From Sphingobacteriales bacterium (GTDB lineage Bacteria; Bacteroidota; Bacteroidia; Chitinophagales; Chitinophagaceae), in contig JBLMVP010000245.1 in the NCBI GenBank assembly GCA_050256755.1, positions 1-35,012 of the forward strand: a stretch of 35,012 nt of DNA, written 5' to 3'. Of this stretch, positions 7,890-17,011 are shown piece by piece. Made by a program: the position numbers and the translations under genes. Position 1 is the stretch's first letter. The number at the start of each line of letters is the position of its first letter. A model generated the notes under the pieces. The model was not told where the DNA came from, ran no database searches, and was given only the letters and a program-made list of their open reading frames with translations.

Positions 7890-7908
7890 AGTTATGAATT
7901 TTTGTTTA

Positions 7909-7916
7909 CAAATTTA
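7909..7916 (-). promoter_or_regulatory. Bacteroidota -7 promoter box (TAAATTTG)
   Basis: Exact TAnnTTTG match on the minus strand, 19 nt upstream of ATG 7889. Confidence 0.4.
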
Positions 7917-7974
7917 AATAACTGAAATAAGACAGGTATTAATAGGCTGGGTTTAATGAAAAGCTGACTATTTT

Positions 7975-8586
7975 TTAAAACAGGGTTACCTGGTCAGATA
8001 CAATGCCAAAGGTTTTGCGATGATAGGTACAAATACCATGAAGCCCAATTGCTTTTCGGTGTTCTTCTGTTCCGTAACCTTTATTGGTATGCCAGCTATA
8101 TTGGGGAAATTCTTTATGAAGCCCAAGCATGTAATCATCCCGGTAAGTTTTGGCCAATATACTGGCTGCTGCAATAGATGCATATTTGCTGTCACCCTTT
8201 ATAATGCATTTATGCGGTATTCGTTTATATTTAATAAAACGATTGCCATCAATTAATAAAACCCCGGGTTTTGTTTGCAGTTTATCAAGAGCCAGGTGCA
8301 TGGCTTTAAATGAAGCTTTCAGAATATTTATTTTATCTATCTCATCATTATCAACCATTCCTACACCATATGCCAGCGCTTTTTGTTCAATAAATAGTCT
8401 CAATTCATTTCGGTTATTTTCTGTTACCTGTTTTGAATCATTCAATAAAGGATGATAAAACGTTGATGGTAATATTACAGCAGCTGCAAAAACAGGGCCC
8501 GCCAAACATCCCCGGCCAGCTTCATCGCAACCCGCTTCGGTCAGTTCGTTCTGATAAAATGATTGCAGCAAAGAAATTTTTTTCAA
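7975..8586 (-). CDS. rnhB: Ribonuclease HII
   Basis: Catalytic motif GCDEAGRGCLAGPV near the N-terminus, DSK...  and ASILAK motifs, and ~200 aa length. The start codon is TTG. Confidence 0.9.
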   Translation of the reverse strand: MKKISLLQSFYQNELTEAGCDEAGRGCLAGPVFAAAVILPSTFYHPLLNDSKQVTENNRNELRLFIEQKALAYGVGMVDNDEIDKINILKASFKAMHLALDKLQTKPGVLLIDGNRFIKYKRIPHKCIIKGDSKYASIAAASILAKTYRDDYMLGLHKEFPQYSWHTNKGYGTEEHRKAIGLHGICTYHRKTFGIVSDQVTLF

Positions 8587-8679
8587 AAATAAACAGTTGT
8601 TTCAGTTATCATCATTTTTCTTTTTTAGTAACCTATGAAAATTGTAACTTGAAAAGAATAAAAAATTTAATTTCTGTAA

Positions 8680-9642
8680 ATGTTGAACCAAATAAAACAT
8701 AGTTGGTTCCCTTGTGTGCTTTTCTTGTGTATTGGTTTTGTTGTTGTAAAAAGCATTATGTCACCTTCCAATTATTTAATGGGACAACCCGCAACGGAAA
8801 ATTGGCAGGCTCCGGACATAAATTCATTACTCAATAATAAAGAAGGACAATTAATCCGCTATGGTAAAGATTTAATCAGCAACACAGCTGATTATTTTGG
8901 GCCAAAAGGTAAAATTGCTGCCATCACCAATGGAATGAATTGCCAGAACTGTCACATAGAAGCAGGTACCAGGCCATTTGGAAATTGTTTTTCTGCGGTA
9001 GCTTCTGTTTATCCAACATTCAGGGCAAGAAGCGGAATTGTTGAATCAATCGAATTTAGAATTAATGACTGTATGCAGCGTAGTTTGAATGGGCAACCCA
9101 TTGATAGTTTGTCAAACGAGATGAAAGCAATGGTTGCTTATTTAAAATGGCTGGGGAAAAATGTTCCGCATGGTGTAAAGCCAGAAGGTGCCGGCACAAA
9201 AGAATTAAAATATTTAGACAGAGCCGCAGAACCATCAAAAGGAAAAATCGTTTATGAAAGTACCTGTCAGCGCTGCCATGGTAATAATGGTGAAGGACTT
9301 TTGGAATGGGACTCATCATCTTATGTATATCCTCCTTTGTGGGGTGAACACAGTTATAATACCGGGGCCGGATTGTATCGTATCTCAAGGCTGGCCGGGT
9401 ATATAAAATGCAATATGCCTTTTGGGGTTACCTATAAAGAACCTCAGTTAACAGATGAAGAAGCATGGGATGTGGCAGCATTTATATCCTCACAACCAAG
9501 ACCTGAAAAAACATTTTTATTTGACTGGCCGGATATAACTAAAAAATCTTTTGATCACCCCTTTGCACCTTATGCAGATAATTTTACAGAACAACAACAT
9601 AAATATGGGCCGTTTGCTCCTATCATAGCTGCCAAAAAATAA
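8680..9642 (+). CDS. Exported diheme c-type cytochrome, TsdA/SoxA-like (putative thiosulfate dehydrogenase family)
   Basis: Signal/anchor sequence and two CxxCH motifs (CQNCH at aa 88-92, CQRCH at aa 196-200). A conserved-looking RINDCMQRSLNG Cys lies 39 aa after the first heme His, as expected for His/Cys ligation. CNMPFG lies ~46 aa after the second heme His. Confidence 0.6.
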   Translation: MLNQIKHSWFPCVLFLCIGFVVVKSIMSPSNYLMGQPATENWQAPDINSLLNNKEGQLIRYGKDLISNTADYFGPKGKIAAITNGMNCQNCHIEAGTRPFGNCFSAVASVYPTFRARSGIVESIEFRINDCMQRSLNGQPIDSLSNEMKAMVAYLKWLGKNVPHGVKPEGAGTKELKYLDRAAEPSKGKIVYESTCQRCHGNNGEGLLEWDSSSYVYPPLWGEHSYNTGAGLYRISRLAGYIKCNMPFGVTYKEPQLTDEEAWDVAAFISSQPRPEKTFLFDWPDITKKSFDHPFAPYADNFTEQQHKYGPFAPIIAAKK

Positions 9643-9694
9643 AATGCAGACACTTAAAGCATCTGCATTTTAAAAAATTATCTTCTCTTTAAAA

Positions 9695-10390
9695 TTACCC
9701 TGCAAAAATATAGGCACATTTATGTTCCTGTGCCCGGCCCAATGCCCATACCCCTGATGGCACTATTTGTATGCCCGGTAATAAGCCGCTCTTCCAGTCT
9801 TTCATTACATCTTCTGCTTTTTTACCCATACCCTGTGCTGCCGCTGCACTGTAAACAGTCATCGCAGCATTGCACACACAGAACATTACGCCGCTTGCCT
9901 GCAATTGATTGATACCAATTTGAACTACGCCAAATCCGGGTAATTTAAACGCACCTTCTTTAGGTTTCCAAAAAGGGTTACGGGTAGATGGGGCTTTTGT
10001 TTCGGGATCATCTGCTTTAAACATTTCACCAAACTTATAATCTGCCCACAAACGATCTTCAAAGGCATAGGGTATAGCCTCATGTCTTAATACCACCACC
10101 ACGCTGCAATCTTTTTCCGTTGAGCCTGTTGCCTGGTTAGTCATTAAAAAAACCCTTGGCCATGCAAAAGGCATTACTTCATGCGGACGGGTGGCATCAA
10201 AAACAACACGATGTTTACCGGTAATTTTATCAAACCATTTATCTGCATCGGAGATACCAGGGCTTGGTTCGGCTCGGGCAAAAACCTGCAAAGGACTTGC
10301 CATAGTGGCTATTCCGATTGCAGCACCGGCTGCTACTGTACCTAAAAATTCTCTACGGGGATTTGTTTGACTGGTGTCTTGTTGTGACAT
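9695..10390 (-). CDS. Tat-exported DsrE-like (COG1416-like) protein with insertion
   Basis: Twin-arginine signal NPRREFLGTVAAGAAIGIA...VFA. It shares a motif skeleton with the DsrE-like protein at 10571..10984 (VVFD, VVVLRH, FCVCNAAM, LLPGIQIVPSG, YIFA). Confidence 0.55.
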   Translation of the reverse strand: MSQQDTSQTNPRREFLGTVAAGAAIGIATMASPLQVFARAEPSPGISDADKWFDKITGKHRVVFDATRPHEVMPFAWPRVFLMTNQATGSTEKDCSVVVVLRHEAIPYAFEDRLWADYKFGEMFKADDPETKAPSTRNPFWKPKEGAFKLPGFGVVQIGINQLQASGVMFCVCNAAMTVYSAAAAQGMGKKAEDVMKDWKSGLLPGIQIVPSGVWALGRAQEHKCAYIFAG

Positions 10391-10570
10391 ACGACTATAG
10401 TTTAAAAGTGAAGAAATGAAAAGAACTTTAAGCTACGAAAAAATTAAATTCTACTTTTTTTTAACCTCTGTTAAATAGCATCATTGATTCAAAAAATCTT
10501 AGTTTTTTTTCACATTGAATCTTTGGCATTTTAATATTCGTAACTTAAGAGACCTCAAAATTTATTACTT

Positions 10571-10984
10571 ATGCAAAAGAAAATTTTATTTATCTGCCTG
10601 TTGCTGATTATTTCTTTTTGCGCAGCAGCACAACAACCATATAATGTGGTATTTGATATTACCAGCAAAGACAGTATGATGCATCAGACAGTATTAAGGT
10701 GGATAAAACTTATTACCGATGCACACAAAGATGCCAAATTAGACGTGGTGTTATATGGTCAGTCGATGGACATGGTTACCCAGGGAAAATCAACTGTTGC
10801 CAATGATATAATGGAATATGCCAAAAAAGGAAATGTACAGTTTAAAGTATGTGAAATAGCTATGAAACATTTGAATGTAGAAAAAAGCCAGTTATTACCC
10901 GGTGTGTTAACGGTGCCAGATGGTATTTATGAGATTATTTCCAAACAAGGTGAAGGCTGGGGATATATTAAGGCGGTAAGATAA
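10571..10984 (+). CDS. Sec-exported DsrE/DsrF-like family protein
   Basis: Signal peptide ...SFCAAAQQ. The ~115-aa mature domain has YNVVFDITS, LDVVLYGQS, FKVCEIAM, LLPGVLTVPDG and GYIKA, typical of the small DsrE-like COG1416 group. Confidence 0.65.
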   Translation: MQKKILFICLLLIISFCAAAQQPYNVVFDITSKDSMMHQTVLRWIKLITDAHKDAKLDVVLYGQSMDMVTQGKSTVANDIMEYAKKGNVQFKVCEIAMKHLNVEKSQLLPGVLTVPDGIYEIISKQGEGWGYIKAVR

Positions 10985-11060
10985 TTTTATTGGTGTTTGG
11001 TTTGATCCTTCTAATTCAAAAGATTTTTTAATCCCCTGAAGATTCAATAATTGATGCCTG

Positions 11061-11068
11061 TACCTTTG
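11061..11068 (+). promoter_or_regulatory. Bacteroidota -7 promoter box (TACCTTTG)
   Basis: Exact TAnnTTTG match, 8 nt upstream of the ctaA ATG. This implies a very short leader. Confidence 0.4.
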
Positions 11069-11076
11069 CGTCCGTT

Positions 11077-12141
11077 ATGAATTCCATTCCTTATTCACGC
11101 CCGGTTTCCATTTGGTTATTAGTTGGTGTATTTATGATTATGGTGCAGGTATTGCTGGGTGGAATTACCCGGCTTACCGGTTCCGGTTTATCCATCACGG
11201 AATGGAAACCTATTTTAGGTGCCCTGCCCCCAATGAATGAACAGGACTGGCAAGCTGCATTTGAAAAATATAAACAAATAGGACAATACAAATTTGTCAA
11301 CCCACATTTTAATTTAGAAGATTTTAAATCCATCTATTTCTGGGAATGGCTTCACCGTAACTGGGCAAGGTTTATTGGTGTTGTATTCGCCATACCATTT
11401 GTAATCTTCATCATACAAAAACGGTTTAAAAAAGAAATGATTAACCCGCTCTTTATTTTATTTATTCTTGGGGCATTACAGGGATTAATTGGCTGGATAA
11501 TGGTTGCGAGTGGACTTAATGATGAAAATATTTATGTCAATCATATCCGTTTGGCTATTCATTTTATTTCTGCACTGGGATTGCTATGTTACACTTTCTG
11601 GTTTGCCTTACAATTATTGGTTCCATCCCGACAGGTAACAGTAAATATTCCATTAAGAAAATTTACATGGTGGATAGTTGCCATACTCATCGTTCAATTA
11701 ATATACGGAGCTTTTATGGCGGGGCATAAAGCGGGAACCGTTTCGCCAACATGGCCGGACATGAACGGGTATGTCTTTCCTCCCAACTTATTTAAAGAAA
11801 TACCATGGCTCAGCAATTTCACCGAAAACAAACTGATGGTTCAATTCATCCATCGTGGATTGGCTTACCTCTTATTTGTTTTAATAATTATATGGACAAG
11901 AAAAGCCTTTAAACACAAAGTATCTTTCTTATTCAACCAAACAAAATGGATACCTGTAACACTTGTTTTATTACAGGTAATACTGGGCATTCTCACTGTT
12001 ATCAACAGCACTAAAATTATTCCGCAGCGATGGGGAGTATTTGAGTGGATGGCACAATTACATCAGTTGGTTGCCATGTTCCTGCTCATTAGTTTGGTTT
12101 GGATGCTGTATTTAATACGCAGCAATAATAAAGCAGCTTAA
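11077..12141 (+). CDS. ctaA: Heme A synthase (COX15/CtaA family)
   Basis: N-terminal GGITRLTGSGLSITEWKPI motif, multiple TM helices with conserved His (WLHR, IHF, FIHRG, LHQ), ~350 aa. Confidence 0.85.
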   Translation: MNSIPYSRPVSIWLLVGVFMIMVQVLLGGITRLTGSGLSITEWKPILGALPPMNEQDWQAAFEKYKQIGQYKFVNPHFNLEDFKSIYFWEWLHRNWARFIGVVFAIPFVIFIIQKRFKKEMINPLFILFILGALQGLIGWIMVASGLNDENIYVNHIRLAIHFISALGLLCYTFWFALQLLVPSRQVTVNIPLRKFTWWIVAILIVQLIYGAFMAGHKAGTVSPTWPDMNGYVFPPNLFKEIPWLSNFTENKLMVQFIHRGLAYLLFVLIIIWTRKAFKHKVSFLFNQTKWIPVTLVLLQVILGILTVINSTKIIPQRWGVFEWMAQLHQLVAMFLLISLVWMLYLIRSNNKAA

Positions 12142-12230
12142 AATTTTACTACCTTGTCATAACAGAAACGATAATAAAAACGTTTACGTAAGGATTCGTT
12201 ATCTGTCCCGGAAAAACATAGCTGCCCCGT

Positions 12231-14480
12231 ATGAAAGAATTTTTCATTGGTGTATACCGTTCTTTACCTATGCAGTTGGTATTACTTCATTTTAGAAAAT
12301 ACCAGGTGTTACTATTGTTTTGGCTGCTTGTTATTGGGGCCATCTCAGGAAATTTTATGAAAACATTCGGGGTAGAATCTCTATTCCTGGCGCCGGAATA
12401 CCTGGGACAGGTAAACTTTTTAAGTTCAGCAATTGTTGGTGTTGCCTTAGGTGTTTTTTTTATGAGCTGGAATATTACCACTTTTATTCTCTTCAGCAAA
12501 CATTTTAAATTTTTAGCAACTACTTCTAAACCTTTTTTGAAGTATTGCATAAACAATGCGGTTATTCCAATTTTATTTTTGATTTTTTATTTCATCCATG
12601 CTGTTAAGTTTGACGTATATAAAGAAGTATTATCCTTCGGGCAAATTGCCGCATTAATCAGTGGTTTTCTTACCGGTCTGATTTTTCTCCTGTTAATTTC
12701 TTTCGCTTATTTTTTTGGAGCCGACAGAACCATCATCCGTCAAATGGCGCCGGTAATGAATGATCCGAAACAATTTTTAGAGAAAGAAGGGCCACGCAAA
12801 TGGGGATTAGGATTAATACAGGTAGATTGGTATTTAAGCACCCGATTAAAATTGCGAAAAACAAGAGAGGTATCGCATTACAGTAAAACATTTCTCGACA
12901 GTGTTTTTAAGCGTCATCATTTTTCTGCAATTGTTTCTATATTACTTGCTTTTCTTTTTTTAATGGTACTGGGATTTTTTATGGACAACAGGGCTTTCCA
13001 GGCGCCGGCGGCCGCAAGTATACTTATATTCTTTTCTATTTTGATTGCTGCTGCCGGATCACTGGCTTACTGGTTGGGCAGCTGGTCAGTTCCTTTTGTC
13101 ATTGTTTTGATAATCGTTTTCGATTTATTATTCCGTTATGATATTATTGATCCACGCAACAGAGCTTTTGGTTTGAATTATGAAAACAAAACAGAACGTC
13201 CCAATTATAATCGTGAAACTTTATTACAAATAGCTTCTGCTGAAAATATGAAGCAGGATAAACAACAAATGCTGCAGGTGCTGGAAAACTGGAAGAAGAA
13301 ACAGGGAGTTGATAAACCAATTATGTATTTGCTCAATTTTAGTGGTGGTGGTAACCGTTCTGCCTGTTTTACATTAAATGTTTTACAACACCTGGATAGT
13401 GTTACGCATGGAGAATTAATGAAGAGGACTTTTTTAATGACTGGCGCTTCCGGTGGAATGTTAGGAGCCACTTATTTCCGTGAATTGTATTTGCGCAATC
13501 AACAGGGAGCAAAATATGATTTACAAGATGATGCATTACCTGATAATATCAGCAAAGATTTATTAAACCCTATTTTCTCTTCGTTTATCTCAAGAGATTT
13601 GATTGCGCCTGCTGAAAAATTCCCGGTAGGGCCTTACCGCTTCGTAAAAGACAGGGCCTACGCTTTTGAGGAACAATTAAATTTTAATGCCGGTGGTGTA
13701 TTTAATAAACAATTAAAAGATTATGCCGAAGCTGAAAGAAACGCCACCATTCCATTGATGATTTTTAATTCAACAGTTACACTGGATGGAAGAAAGATGA
13801 TGATAAGCACACAACCTGTACGATTTTTAATGCGCCCAGTGCCTGACACATCAAGCGGAATATACGGCGAACCGGATGCGATAGATTTCTGTAATTTTTT
13901 CAGCAAACAAAATCCATATAATCTCCGGTTGCTTACTGCTTTAAGAATTAATGCAACTTTTCCTTACGTGCTTCCCAATGTATGGTTGCCTACTCATCCT
14001 GTAATCGATATAATGGATGCAGGATTAAGAGATAATTACGGACAGGAAACAACCCTGCGTTTTTTGGATGTATTTAAGGACTGGTTGAATAAAAACACCA
14101 GTGGTGTTGTACAAATACAAGTGAGGGACAGGAAGAGTGGTGAATGGCAAAATGATTTTGGCGAACCCGGCATTTTACAGGCCATTACAAAACCTGCTAC
14201 TATTTTGCAATACAACTGGCATAAATTATCCGACTATTACCAGGAAGAATTAACCACGTATGCTAATAACAGTTTTCATTTCCCTTTCCAGCGGATAGTA
14301 TTTTCTTATGTTCCGGAAAAAGAAGAAAAAACAGCTGCTTTAAATTTTCATCTGACGGGAATTGAAAAATTAGATATCGCAGAAGCCTTACATTCCAAAC
14401 AAAATCAACAGGCATTAAAAAACTTATACAATCTTCAAATCGTTACCAACCCGGTACTTCCTGTTAAGCAGGCTGAATAA
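12231..14480 (+). CDS. Patatin-like phospholipase with a ~330-aa N-terminal polytopic membrane domain
   Basis: Patatin motifs FSGGGNRSA (oxyanion hole), TGASGGM (GxSxG) and DAGLRDNYG (catalytic Asp). The N-terminal third holds several hydrophobic helices. Confidence 0.8.
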   Translation: MKEFFIGVYRSLPMQLVLLHFRKYQVLLLFWLLVIGAISGNFMKTFGVESLFLAPEYLGQVNFLSSAIVGVALGVFFMSWNITTFILFSKHFKFLATTSKPFLKYCINNAVIPILFLIFYFIHAVKFDVYKEVLSFGQIAALISGFLTGLIFLLLISFAYFFGADRTIIRQMAPVMNDPKQFLEKEGPRKWGLGLIQVDWYLSTRLKLRKTREVSHYSKTFLDSVFKRHHFSAIVSILLAFLFLMVLGFFMDNRAFQAPAAASILIFFSILIAAAGSLAYWLGSWSVPFVIVLIIVFDLLFRYDIIDPRNRAFGLNYENKTERPNYNRETLLQIASAENMKQDKQQMLQVLENWKKKQGVDKPIMYLLNFSGGGNRSACFTLNVLQHLDSVTHGELMKRTFLMTGASGGMLGATYFRELYLRNQQGAKYDLQDDALPDNISKDLLNPIFSSFISRDLIAPAEKFPVGPYRFVKDRAYAFEEQLNFNAGGVFNKQLKDYAEAERNATIPLMIFNSTVTLDGRKMMISTQPVRFLMRPVPDTSSGIYGEPDAIDFCNFFSKQNPYNLRLLTALRINATFPYVLPNVWLPTHPVIDIMDAGLRDNYGQETTLRFLDVFKDWLNKNTSGVVQIQVRDRKSGEWQNDFGEPGILQAITKPATILQYNWHKLSDYYQEELTTYANNSFHFPFQRIVFSYVPEKEEKTAALNFHLTGIEKLDIAEALHSKQNQQALKNLYNLQIVTNPVLPVKQAE

Positions 14481-15366
14481 GTTTTATAGCTTTTGATATA
14501 ACTTTTATCTTAAACACACCGGCGGTTTCTTTCGGATCACCATCAATATGGAATGGAGCGGCAGTTAAATTTTTTATTGTAAGCGAAGGAGTTTGAAAAT
14601 AAATGATATTTCTTTTCTCCGCATAATCATTAATATTTTGCAGGGCATTAATACCGGAGAATTGTGCCAGTACAGAAAAAGGCAGCATAAGTTTATTCAT
14701 CTTTTTTACAATAACGATATCCAGTAAGCCATCACTTAAACTTGCTTTAGGTGCAATCTTCATATTATTACCAAATTGGTTACTGTTAGCAATACAAATA
14801 AAATATGCTCCGGTATCAAAGGTTTTTTCTTTTGACTGAATGGTGAATGAATAAGGTTTGGCTTTAAAATAATTGATGGCTGATACTTTTACATAAGTCT
14901 GCAATCCCCTTTTCTTTTGTTTGGCAAAATCATGCGCCACCTGTGCATCAAAACCCAAGCCACAGAGCATACAGGAAAATTCATCATTAATATAAAACCC
15001 GTCAATAAAAGAAGCTTTACCATTAAAAATTATATCCAGTGCTTTTGATGGTGCAGGAGAAATACCTGCGGCTAATGCTAACCCGTTGCCGGAACCCATT
15101 GGAACAATTCCAATATTTATATCAATATTTAACAGGGCAGCAGCTACAGCACTCACTGTTCCGTCACCCCCGCAAACTACTACATCTGTTATTTGTTCTT
15201 TGCTGATTTTATTTTTAAGCGTTTCATATTTACCGGCCCTGTCTGTATCCATTATTTCAAATGAAATACCAGCTTCTTTAGTCCTTTTACAAATAAGTTC
15301 TTTTAGTGCCGTTTTTTCTTTGGTCCCTGAAATAGGATTGATGAGATAAATAATTTTTCTTGACAT
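14464..15366 (-). CDS. Diacylglycerol-kinase-family lipid kinase (YegS/BmrU type)
   Basis: Motifs INPISG, VVCGGDGTV and GIVPMGSGNG, ~300 aa. Confidence 0.85.
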   Translation of the reverse strand: MSRKIIYLINPISGTKEKTALKELICKRTKEAGISFEIMDTDRAGKYETLKNKISKEQITDVVVCGGDGTVSAVAAALLNIDINIGIVPMGSGNGLALAAGISPAPSKALDIIFNGKASFIDGFYINDEFSCMLCGLGFDAQVAHDFAKQKKRGLQTYVKVSAINYFKAKPYSFTIQSKEKTFDTGAYFICIANSNQFGNNMKIAPKASLSDGLLDIVIVKKMNKLMLPFSVLAQFSGINALQNINDYAEKRNIIYFQTPSLTIKNLTAAPFHIDGDPKETAGVFKIKVISKAIKLIQPA

Positions 15367-15402
15367 AGTTGAAAATAAAAAAACAGCTGTGCTTTTTTTT
15401 TA

Positions 15403-15410
15403 CAAAATTA
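15403..15410 (-). promoter_or_regulatory. Bacteroidota -7 promoter box (TAATTTTG) for the lipid kinase gene
   Basis: Exact TAnnTTTG match on the minus strand, 36 nt upstream of ATG 15366. Confidence 0.35.
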
Positions 15411-15425
15411 ACTCTTTCAATAACG

Positions 15426-15433
15426 TATATTTG
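15426..15433 (+). promoter_or_regulatory. Bacteroidota -7 promoter box (TATATTTG) for the SulP gene
   Basis: Exact TAnnTTTG match, 20 nt upstream of the TTG start at 15454. Confidence 0.4.
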
Positions 15434-15453
15434 CACGAATTCAATAACAAGTA

Positions 15454-17004
15454 TTGAAAAGAAAAATTAAATACTACCGGCTAATTTGGTTAAAACATGA
15501 TTTGCCCGCCGGTCTGTCTGTCTTTTTAGTTGCTCTTCCTCTCTGTCTTGGTATAGCCCTCGCTTCCGGTGCTCCGTTATATTCAGGTATACTTTCCGGC
15601 ATAATTGGTGGCATTGTAATATCACTTATCAGTAATTCACCATTAAGCGTATCAGGACCTGCCGCAGGTCTATCCACTGTTGTGGCAGCTGCAATTGTTT
15701 CATTTGGAGATTATAAAATTTTTCTGCTTTCTGTAATTATTGGTGGCTTATTTCAATTGGTATTGGGAATTTTAAAACTGGGAGTGATTGCAAATTATTT
15801 CCCATCAGCCGTTATTAAAGGTATGCTGGCAGCAATCGGCATTATTCTTATTTCCAAACAAATACCTGTAGCAATTGGATACGACCAGCCTGATTTCTGG
15901 TCAAGCGGGTTTATGAGTTTGTTTGATACCAAAAACTTCTTTGGCAGTATTAAAAACTTTAGCGTACATGCTACAAGAGGAGCGGTATTCGTTACTCTTG
16001 CTTCTCTAATCATTTTAATTTTAATGCAGCAGGGTTATGCCAGAAAATTAAAAATGATACCTGCTCCCCTGTTGGCAGTATTAGCAGGCGTCATCATTAA
16101 TTTTATTTTTACCAAAGCCACTATGGGTTTAACATTAAAACAAACTCAATTAGTTCATATACCAGGTAATCTTTTTGGCAATATTTCTTTCCCGGATTTT
16201 TCACAATTTTTTTCCCGTTCTGATATATGGAAAACGGGAGCGATGATAGGAATACTTGCCACACTCGAAACCCTGTTGTGTGTGGAAGCGATAGATAAAT
16301 TAGATATTCATAACAGGGTAACTCCGGTAAACCGTGAATTGGTTGCACAGGGCATTGGAAATATAAGTTGTGGATTATTGGGAGCAATACCTGTAACGGC
16401 AGTTATAGTGAGAGGTTCTGCTAAGGTTGATGCAGGCGGAAGAACTAACATGTCAGCCTTTACCCATGGCGTTTTTTTATTACTTACTGTTTTGCTGATA
16501 CCTTTCGCATTAAATAAAATTCCTTATGCTTCATTGGCTGCAGTACTATTAATAACAGGTTATAATTTAACCAAACCAAAACTCTACCGAAATATGTGGA
16601 GCCTTGGGTGGAAACAATTTTTACCTTTCATCTTCACTATTGTTATTATTCTTTTAACTGATTTACTGGTTGGTGTAAGTATTGGTTTATTAATCTCTAT
16701 CTATTTCATCATTCAAAATAACTTTAAAGCAGAATATAAAATTCAAAAGACAAAGCAACATGAAACAGAGATTTTTTACATAAAACTAAACAGCAATGTT
16801 ACTTTCTTAAATAAAGTTAAGTTGAGAGACACATTGGATAAAATTCCTGAATATTCTGTTTTAACAATTGACGGAAGCGAGTGTAATTTTATCGATTATG
16901 ATATACTTGAAATAATAAGTGAATTTGATACCAAAGCCCACGACCGGCATATTGAAATTCACCTGAAAGGAATTGAAAAAGTTAATGTAACCGCAATACA
17001 CTAA
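15454..17004 (+). CDS. SulP-family inorganic anion transporter with C-terminal STAS domain
   Basis: Polytopic membrane protein with SulP-like N-terminus (DLPAGLSVFLVALPLCLGIALASGAP) and a C-terminal STAS-like segment (FYIKLNSNVTFLNKVKL...). TTG start. Confidence 0.85.
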   Translation: MKRKIKYYRLIWLKHDLPAGLSVFLVALPLCLGIALASGAPLYSGILSGIIGGIVISLISNSPLSVSGPAAGLSTVVAAAIVSFGDYKIFLLSVIIGGLFQLVLGILKLGVIANYFPSAVIKGMLAAIGIILISKQIPVAIGYDQPDFWSSGFMSLFDTKNFFGSIKNFSVHATRGAVFVTLASLIILILMQQGYARKLKMIPAPLLAVLAGVIINFIFTKATMGLTLKQTQLVHIPGNLFGNISFPDFSQFFSRSDIWKTGAMIGILATLETLLCVEAIDKLDIHNRVTPVNRELVAQGIGNISCGLLGAIPVTAVIVRGSAKVDAGGRTNMSAFTHGVFLLLTVLLIPFALNKIPYASLAAVLLITGYNLTKPKLYRNMWSLGWKQFLPFIFTIVIILLTDLLVGVSIGLLISIYFIIQNNFKAEYKIQKTKQHETEIFYIKLNSNVTFLNKVKLRDTLDKIPEYSVLTIDGSECNFIDYDILEIISEFDTKAHDRHIEIHLKGIEKVNVTAIH

Positions 17005-17011
17005 CCGGCAC

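Noticed and set aside
10524-10538. Possible sigma-54 promoter (TGGCAT-N5-TATT) upstream of the Sec-exported DsrE-like gene, considered because rpoN is in the window
   Set aside because: The -24 GG is present but the invariant -12 GC is absent. TGGCAC at 21115-21120 also lacks a -12 TTGC. No convincing sigma-54 promoter was seen anywhere in the window.
12231-14480. Patatin phospholipase as a CBASS or other anti-phage effector
   Set aside because: There is no cyclase/nucleotidyltransferase, sensor, ATPase or other defence partner nearby. The flanks are ctaA and a lipid kinase, and the architecture (membrane domain plus patatin) fits a housekeeping lipid hydrolase.
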